A DNA stretch of 64,000 nt from a bacterium. GTDB taxonomy: Bacteria; Hydrothermota; UBA3073; JACQXS01; JAQTXJ01. The notes beneath the pieces are model-generated. The model saw nothing but the letters and a program-made list of their open reading frames with translations, did not search any database and was not told where the DNA came from. The stretch spans positions 17,361 to 81,360 of the forward strand of contig JBAZNK010000015.1 in the NCBI GenBank assembly GCA_041649255.1, read 5' to 3'. This document shows positions 57,942 to 64,000 of the stretch, piece by piece. The position numbers and the translations under genes were made by a program. Within the stretch, counting starts at the first letter, position 1. Each line of letters opens with the position of its first letter.

Positions 57942-58535
57942 TCACTGCCCTATTGCTAATAATAATGATACCCATACTTTTTTTACCTTAGCTCTCAAAG
58001 CACTTAAACTCGAGTTATTCTCAATGATTATATCTACAAGTTTATCACACTTATCCTGACCATAATTAACTATCTGTGATTTCATAATATTATCTATAAT
58101 TTCTTTGTTATACTTTAATCTTTTTGTCCTCTTTTGCCTGCTCTCATAACTTGACGTTACAACAATAAGCCTATCAAACCATTCCTCTATTTCCCATTGA
58201 TATACCAACGCACAATCTACTATTTTAAGGATATCATCAGGTATTTTCAGAATACGATTTTTCAATTCTTTTACAAGTAAAGGATGAATAATGGAATTTA
58301 ATAATTGCAATTTATTTTTGTCATTAAAAACTATTTTTCCCAATTTTTTCCTGTCTATTTTGCCTCTTGTTATTATTTTCTCACCAAACGTATCTATAAG
58401 TTTTGCTTTCTTTTTTTCAAGGATTTCCCATCCAAGTTTGTCTACATTTATGATTTCACCCTTGCTAAATTCTTTTAAAAACTTAGCAACTGTGGATTTT
58501 CCTGTCCCTATATCACCTGTCACGCCAATAATCAT
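57942..58535 (-). CDS. coaE: Dephospho-CoA kinase
   Basis: MIIGVTGDIGTGKSTVAKFL has the P-loop at the N-terminus. The start is placed at ATG 58535 rather than the track's TTG at 58550. Confidence 0.85.
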   Translation of the reverse strand: MIIGVTGDIGTGKSTVAKFLKEFSKGEIINVDKLGWEILEKKKAKLIDTFGEKIITRGKIDRKKLGKIVFNDKNKLQLLNSIIHPLLVKELKNRILKIPDDILKIVDCALVYQWEIEEWFDRLIVVTSSYESRQKRTKRLKYNKEIIDNIMKSQIVNYGQDKCDKLVDIIIENNSSLSALRAKVKKVWVSLLLAIGQ

Positions 58536-58628
58536 ATTACTCCAAATCAAAAATCAAATATTAAATATCAAAAATAAAAAACAGACAAACTTAAATTATA
58601 AATCTGTTTATTAAAAACATATTCCAAA
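58459..58628. repeat. Direct repeat copy 1 (coaE 5' end plus upstream region)
   Basis: It aligns by eye with 59821..59992. A 37-nt block (58501..58537) is identical to 59864..59900. The surrounding sequence is clearly homologous, with scattered mismatches and small indels. Confidence 0.8.
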
Positions 58629-58691
58629 AGCCTTCTTATCCAAAAAACGCATTCTTCTACTTTTTCCACTCCATTTGTAGATATGTATAAA

Positions 58692-59753
58692 TTATTTTTT
58701 ATTTTTCTTATCTAACGGAGTAAGTTTATTTTTAGAGTCTAATAACTTTTTTACTTCGCGGTCAAAGTCGGATTCAAGTATTTTATTTTGAACAACCATA
58801 TACTTTTCATATTCGCTCTCTGCTAAAGCTATCGCAACTTCGTGGCTGATTTTACCGCTGTCTTGCAGAATTTCTTTTCCGTTGAACTGTAAAAAAGCAT
58901 CCAGTTTCTCTACCCAATCTTTCATATACATAACGACACCCTTTTTCGCCTGCATTTCTGCATAATCAAGATACATTGTTACGATTCTATTAAGTTCGTC
59001 CAGTTCTTTTTCATTTAAATAATTTTTAGCAATGCTGACATCGGTTTTTCTAATGTCTCCTTTGGGTGCGTTTTTCCATACTGTGAGCCCCATATTATTT
59101 TTTTCACTTCCTACCCTTTGATAAATAATTTCTGCCGCAGTTTGACCGCTTATTGCAAAATGAAGTTTGTTCTGAACTGTAGCAAAAAATTGTCGAGTGA
59201 TTTCTTCATCCGGATTATAATCAGCACTGCATTGCGAGTAAATATCAGTAATTTTCTGGTAAAATCTTCTCTCACTGCTGCGAATATTCCTGATTCGCGC
59301 CAGTTGCTCTTCAAAATAATCTTTACCAAAGATGTTACCGGGGGTTTTCAACCGCTCATCATCCATAGCAAAGCCTTTAATAATATACTCTTTTAGAACC
59401 TGGGTCGCCCAGATGCGAAAGAGTGTTGCCTGTCTTGAATTAACACGGTAACCAACGGAAATGATAGCGTCAAGATTGTAGAATTTAGTAGAATATTTTT
59501 TTCCGTCTTTGGCAGTTGTTTCCAAAATGGAAATAACTGAATCTTCTTGTAATTCACCATTTTCAAAGATGTTTTTGAGATGCTTATTGATAGCCGGAAT
59601 ACCAACACCAAACAAATCTGCCATTCTCTTTTGCGTCAGCCATAAGGTTTCGTCACGCAAAAATATCTCCACTTTCACTTTGCCGTTTGGTGTAGTGTAG
59701 AGTAGAAATTCAGTAAAACTGTTTTGTTGGGCAATCTGTTTATTCTTTTTCAT
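58692..59753 (-). CDS. RhuM-family protein
   Basis: 353 aa. ..LLYTTPNGKVKVEIFLRDETLWLTQKRMADLFGV..STKFYNLDAIISVGYRVNSRQATLFRIWATQVLKEYIIKGF.. is the conserved RhuM N-terminal region. Confidence 0.8.
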   Translation of the reverse strand: MKKNKQIAQQNSFTEFLLYTTPNGKVKVEIFLRDETLWLTQKRMADLFGVGIPAINKHLKNIFENGELQEDSVISILETTAKDGKKYSTKFYNLDAIISVGYRVNSRQATLFRIWATQVLKEYIIKGFAMDDERLKTPGNIFGKDYFEEQLARIRNIRSSERRFYQKITDIYSQCSADYNPDEEITRQFFATVQNKLHFAISGQTAAEIIYQRVGSEKNNMGLTVWKNAPKGDIRKTDVSIAKNYLNEKELDELNRIVTMYLDYAEMQAKKGVVMYMKDWVEKLDAFLQFNGKEILQDSGKISHEVAIALAESEYEKYMVVQNKILESDFDREVKKLLDSKNKLTPLDKKNKK

Positions 59754-59820
59754 ATTTTCAAATTAGAAATATTTTATTAATAAACATCGTTTAGTCAAGC
59801 CGTATTTTCCAAATCCGAAT

Positions 59821-59992
59821 ACCCTTGCTAAATCATCTCAAGAACTTAGTAACTGTGGACTTCCCTGTCCCTATATCACCTGTCACGCCAATAATCATAT
59901 CACATCAAATCAAATATTAAAATGTAAATATCAAAAATAAAAAAACAGGCAAGCTTAAATTATAAATCTGAATGTTAAAATTATATTCCAAA
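59821..59992. repeat. Direct repeat copy 2
   Basis: Partner of 58459..58628. It contains a truncated coaE 5' fragment. Confidence 0.8.
59833..59898 (-). pseudogene. Truncated coaE 5' fragment (21 codons then TGA)
   Basis: The minus strand from 59898 reads MIIGVTGDIGTGKSTVTKFLR followed by a stop. The first 20 residues nearly match the intact CoaE N-terminus. Confidence 0.7.
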
Positions 59993-60061
59993 TAACTTTG
60001 CATACGGAAAAAATATTCTTTTTACGCTATTTAATTTTTGCATTTTAATTTTTAATTTTGC

Positions 60062-62656
60062 CTAAGGGTGTGCAGAATGCCAGTCTTTACCTACACCAAT
60101 TCCTACTACTACCGGCACACCTATATCTAACGCGTTTTCCATTTCATATTTTACCAATGATTGTACTTCCTTTACCTTATCTTCAGGCACTTCCAATACT
60201 AATTCGTCGTGAACCTGCATTATTATATTCGCATTGAAATCTTTTAATTGCGGTTGAATTTTTATCATTGCTATTTTTATCATATCTGCCGCCGTTCCCT
60301 GTAATGGAGCATTTATTGCCACCCGTTCCTCAAACTCTTTGCTCCTGCCTTTTTCCGAACCTATATTCGGCAACCACCTTTTTCGCCCAAGAATAGTCTC
60401 AACATAACCGTTTTTCTTTGCATTTTCTATTTGTTTATCTATCCAGTTTTTTACACCCGGATAGGTAAGAAAATAAGACGTTATAAAAGTTAAAGCTTCT
60501 TCAGGAAGAATGTTCAGCCTCTGCGCCAATCCAAAAGGTCCCATTCCATATACAATTCCAAAATTAACCACTTTCGCTATATCCCTCTGTGTTTGGTTAA
60601 TCTGCTCTTCCGGAACATTAAATATCAATCCTGCCGTTTTCCTGTGAATGTCTTCATTATTTTTAAATGCTTCTAAAAGAATATCATCTTTTGAAACACC
60701 TGCAAGTATCCTCAATTCTATTTGAGAATAATCCGCATCCATTATAACATATCCTTCAGGAGCAATAAATCCCTGTTTTATCTCCATATCCGGTATATTT
60801 TGTAGATTCGGGTCTTTTGATGACAACCTTCCCGTTATAGTACCCGTTTGCTGCCATATCGTATGCACTCTACTGTTTTCATCTGCCAATACAGGCAGAG
60901 TATCAATATATGTAGATTTTAATTTGAACAATTCACGATATTCTAATATTTTTTTCGGCAAAGGATGTATCTTTGCCAGTTCATCCAAAACATCCTGTTC
61001 AGTAGAATAATGCGTCTTTTTATGTTTTGATTTAGGTAAATTCAATTTCTCAAAAAGAATTTTACTTAACTGTGAAGGAGACCTCAAGTTAAACCTCTCC
61101 CCCACATCCTCATATATTGATTCTTCTATTTTATTGATTCTTTTACCCAACTTTTCGGATTCATCGGCAAAATATTTTTTATCTATAAGAACTCCCTTTT
61201 CCTCCATCCCGGCAAGAATTCTTGCTAATGGGAGTTCCATATCATTGTATATAGTATTCAACCCCTCTTCTTCAAGTTTAGCTTTCAAAACCGGATACGC
61301 TTTAGTGCATACGTCTACGCTTTTACCAAGATAATCTATTTCATCCGAACTTACCAGCGTTTTCCCAAGCCATTTAATACTCATAGCTTCAAGCGAAGGT
61401 TCTTTCACACCGGGTTCCAGCAAATACCCGGCTAATCCTATGTCAAAAACTTTTCCCTTTACACGGAAATTATGAAACAAATACTTGCTGTCTGCCGTAA
61501 TTTTTTCAATATCCTCATTATTGATAATAGAATTAAGCTTTTCGAGATTCTCTTTCTTGTCGGAACCATCAGAAAAAACAATTTTCTCTTTATCCGTTCC
61601 CAATGCAAAACCATTGTCCTTAAAAGCTACACTAACTTTTCCCCCGATACCTTCCAAGAAACTATCCCAGTCCGTTTCCAAAACAGATTCCGGATTTTCT
61701 TGTTTCTGCGGAATCTGTGAAAAGATAGACAAAGTTGACTGTTCTTCCTTACTTGTTGCAACTTTTGTTTTACCTTTGACGGTATTATCTTTGTTTGCAA
61801 CTTCAAAACTATCAGGAATCAATTTTTTAACAAGCGAATAAAACTCCAACTCTCTCAAAATATTGAACAAATTTTCTTTATTTGTTTCCTTTACCGTCAT
61901 TTCGGAAATATCAATCCCGACATCAACATCAGTCTTGATAGTAGCAAGCATCTTTGACATATATGCATTATCTTTATTTTTCACCAGTGATTCTTTTATT
62001 TTTTCACCCTTTACAGAAGGTATATTCTCGTATATTTTATCCAGCCCGCCTATTTCCGTTATAAGTTTTTGCGCATTTTTCGGACCTATCCCATACACGC
62101 CCGGAATATTATCTATCGAGTCTCCTGTAAGCGCAAGGTAATCCGGAACCAAAGCAGGCGGGATACCTAATTTTTCTTCGCAGTGTACAAACTCAAAAGT
62201 CCTTGCGCTCAAAATTTTTATCCCCTGCGACTCCAATTGCAGGAAATCCTTGTCGTCCGCAAATATCGTAACCTCAAATCCTTTATCTCTTGCCGCTATT
62301 GCAATAGTACCGATAATATCATCTGCTTCTACGCCGGGTTTTTCAATAAGCGTAACGCCCATTATTTCTACGACGTTTTTTATTATCGGAAACTGGGAAG
62401 ATAAATCCGACGGCGTCGGAGGTCTCTGAATTTTATAATCCTTAAACTGCTCGTGACGAAAAGTAGGATGCGGAGCATCAAACGCAACAAACATATATTC
62501 CGGTTTTTTCTCGGTTAACAATTTAACCAACGAATTAATAAACCCAAATACGGCAGAAGTATTTTCTCCTTTAGAATTTCTGAGGGGATTGTGCATAAAA
62601 GCGAAATAAGAACGGTAAGCAATAGAATGCCCGTCTACAAGCCAGAACGTTTTCAT
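60062..62656 (-). CDS. polA: DNA polymerase I
   Basis: 864 aa with an N-terminal 5'-3' exonuclease domain (..LVDGHSIAYRSYFA..), and polymerase motifs DYSQIELRILA, RDIAKVVNFGIVYG and QVHDELV. Confidence 0.95.
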   Translation of the reverse strand: MKTFWLVDGHSIAYRSYFAFMHNPLRNSKGENTSAVFGFINSLVKLLTEKKPEYMFVAFDAPHPTFRHEQFKDYKIQRPPTPSDLSSQFPIIKNVVEIMGVTLIEKPGVEADDIIGTIAIAARDKGFEVTIFADDKDFLQLESQGIKILSARTFEFVHCEEKLGIPPALVPDYLALTGDSIDNIPGVYGIGPKNAQKLITEIGGLDKIYENIPSVKGEKIKESLVKNKDNAYMSKMLATIKTDVDVGIDISEMTVKETNKENLFNILRELEFYSLVKKLIPDSFEVANKDNTVKGKTKVATSKEEQSTLSIFSQIPQKQENPESVLETDWDSFLEGIGGKVSVAFKDNGFALGTDKEKIVFSDGSDKKENLEKLNSIINNEDIEKITADSKYLFHNFRVKGKVFDIGLAGYLLEPGVKEPSLEAMSIKWLGKTLVSSDEIDYLGKSVDVCTKAYPVLKAKLEEEGLNTIYNDMELPLARILAGMEEKGVLIDKKYFADESEKLGKRINKIEESIYEDVGERFNLRSPSQLSKILFEKLNLPKSKHKKTHYSTEQDVLDELAKIHPLPKKILEYRELFKLKSTYIDTLPVLADENSRVHTIWQQTGTITGRLSSKDPNLQNIPDMEIKQGFIAPEGYVIMDADYSQIELRILAGVSKDDILLEAFKNNEDIHRKTAGLIFNVPEEQINQTQRDIAKVVNFGIVYGMGPFGLAQRLNILPEEALTFITSYFLTYPGVKNWIDKQIENAKKNGYVETILGRKRWLPNIGSEKGRSKEFEERVAINAPLQGTAADMIKIAMIKIQPQLKDFNANIIMQVHDELVLEVPEDKVKEVQSLVKYEMENALDIGVPVVVGIGVGKDWHSAHP

Positions 62657-62723
62657 ATAAGTATAGGATTTTATTGTAAAACAAAGCTATGTCAAGAGTA
62701 AAACATTTTTTACTATTTCTGAC

Positions 62724-62751
62724 TTGACATTTATATGAATTGTATTAATTT
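62724..62751 (+). promoter_or_regulatory. Candidate promoter placing the tdh ATG (62759) at or near +1
   Basis: TTGACA (62724..62729), 16 nt, TAATTT (62746..62751), 7 nt, then ATG 62759. The track start ATG at 62735 lies inside this promoter. Confidence 0.35.
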
Positions 62752-62758
62752 CCTCTTT

Positions 62759-63793
62759 ATGAAAATGAAATCAATCCGTAAAATAAGTCCCCAACTAGGG
62801 GCAACACTTGTAGATATTGAAGCACCTAAACCCTCTTCGTATGAGGTGTTAGTTAAAGTAAAAGCTACTTCCATATGCGGGACAGACGTTCATATTTACA
62901 GTTGGAATGAATGGGCACAGAACAGAATAAAAAACTTACCGCAAACGATGGGGCATGAATTTGCAGGTGAAGTAGTAGAAGTTGGGTCTTGCGTAAAAAA
63001 TATAAAAGTAGGGGATTACGTATCCGCAGAAACTCATATCCCATGCGGAGGATGTATCCAATGTATGACAGGACAGATGCATATATGTCATAACGTCAAA
63101 ATACTTGGAGTAGATTGTGACGGTTGTTTTGCGGAGTATATTACGGTCCCGGAAAGTGTAATATGGAAAAACGATAAATCCATACCACCTGAATTTGCCT
63201 CAGTACAGGAACCGATTGGAAATGCAGTGTACTGCACGTTAGTTGAACCTGTCACCGCCAAAACCGTCGTTATTCTTGGTGCAGGACCAACAGGTTTATT
63301 TTCAACGGGAGTGGCAAAAGTAGCAGGCGCAGCGCAAGTGATAGTCGTAGAAGTCGAGCAATTCAGGCTTGACATTGCAAAAAAAATGGGAGCGGACATT
63401 TGTATTAATCCAAAGAATGAAGACCCTTTAAAAAGAATATTAGACGAAACAAAAGGTATAGGGGCAGACGTCGTCCTTGATATGGCAGGTTCGCCCAAAA
63501 CAATTGAACTCGCGATAAAAGCAGTCCGCAGAGGGGGAAGATTCTCTGCTTTCGGAATTACACCGGGGACAATCACTATAGATTACAACAGTATAATATT
63601 TAAAGGGGTTACCATTTACGGAATAAGCGGAAGACTGATGTTTGATACGTGGTTCAAAGTAAGAAACCTCCTTGCATACAAAAAACTTGATATCTCGCCT
63701 GTAATTACGCATAAGCTCAAGCTTGAAGAATTTGACAAGGGATTTTCTGAAATGCTAAACAAAACTGCCGCTAAAGTAATTCTATTCCCGTAA
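62759..63793 (+). CDS. tdh: L-threonine 3-dehydrogenase (zinc-dependent MDR family)
   Basis: ..VKVKATSICGTDVHIYSWNEWAQNRI..MGHEFAGEVVEVG.. closely parallels the E. coli Tdh N-terminal region. It also has GAGPTGL (NAD-binding). The start was chosen at MKMKSIRK. Confidence 0.85.
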   Translation: MKMKSIRKISPQLGATLVDIEAPKPSSYEVLVKVKATSICGTDVHIYSWNEWAQNRIKNLPQTMGHEFAGEVVEVGSCVKNIKVGDYVSAETHIPCGGCIQCMTGQMHICHNVKILGVDCDGCFAEYITVPESVIWKNDKSIPPEFASVQEPIGNAVYCTLVEPVTAKTVVILGAGPTGLFSTGVAKVAGAAQVIVVEVEQFRLDIAKKMGADICINPKNEDPLKRILDETKGIGADVVLDMAGSPKTIELAIKAVRRGGRFSAFGITPGTITIDYNSIIFKGVTIYGISGRLMFDTWFKVRNLLAYKKLDISPVITHKLKLEEFDKGFSEMLNKTAAKVILFP

Positions 63794-64000
63794 TTCAACA
63801 CTCTCTAAAGGTTTCTTTAATTTATATATCCTTATAATAGGTCCACCTGTAATATTTTTATCAAATATCGAGACTTTTGAAAGAGCATTATAATCTACTT
63901 TAAAACAATAATAATCCCATTTAAAAACAGGATTAGGAACAAATTCTTTTATAAATATACGGTCTTTTTCAAAAGACTTTCTAAATTCATCCGGCATCGT
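63782..64000 (-). CDS. Hypothetical protein, possibly 5'-truncated by window edge
   Basis: The ORF is open to the window end (an in-frame ACG precedes the ATG at 63997). No recognisable motif. Confidence 0.3.
   Translation of the reverse strand, partial: TMPDEFRKSFEKDRIFIKEFVPNPVFKWDYYCFKVDYNALSKVSIFDKNITGGPIIRIYKLKKPLESVELRE

Overview
This is a visibly AT-rich bacterial chromosomal segment that uses the standard code; TGA is a real stop at ispH and at the LysR gene. Seven proteins end in a type IX secretion (T9SS) C-terminal sorting domain, which suggests an uncultured FCB-superphylum-type organism.

- **1-13.5 kb:** an ABC-transporter-dependent surface-glycan locus. It holds glycosyltransferases, an epimerase, AsnB, a DegT aminotransferase, wzt/wzm-like genes, and an ACP / AMP-ligase / SDR / GNAT acylation cassette. 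An orphan 5S rRNA gene and tRNA-Cys sit between the transporter ATPase and permease genes.
- **13.7-37 kb:** housekeeping genes (cmk-plsC-ispH, aldolase, trxB, PBP1A, ndk, M23 peptidase, sigma factor, HtrA, lepA) interleaved with large T9SS cargo (M1 aminopeptidase, C25 gingipain-like peptidase, FG-GAP protein). There is also a radical SAM/SPASM-GT2 pair and a GxxExxY nuclease-fold gene bracketed by inverted repeats.
- **37.8-49.0 kb (most interesting):** a selenium-utilisation locus with YedE-like and TusA-like genes, an AIR-synthase-like gene, selD and a divergent LysR regulator. The ORF track hides three in-frame UGA codons here. One is the canonical Sec codon of selD. The other two lie at the first position of a thioredoxin-like CxxC motif (UxxC) in two tandem paralogs that carry both a signal peptide and a T9SS sorting domain. 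Each UGA is followed by a hairpin at SECIS-like spacing. These two are candidate secreted or surface selenoproteins.
- **49-64 kb:** a membrane class III cyclase, tRNA-Phe, tRNA-Thr, guaB, a DivIVA-domain gene, gatA, trxA, coaE, a RhuM-family gene flanked by ~170-bp direct repeats that duplicate the coaE 5' end, polA and tdh.

No CRISPR array, transposase or integrase was seen.
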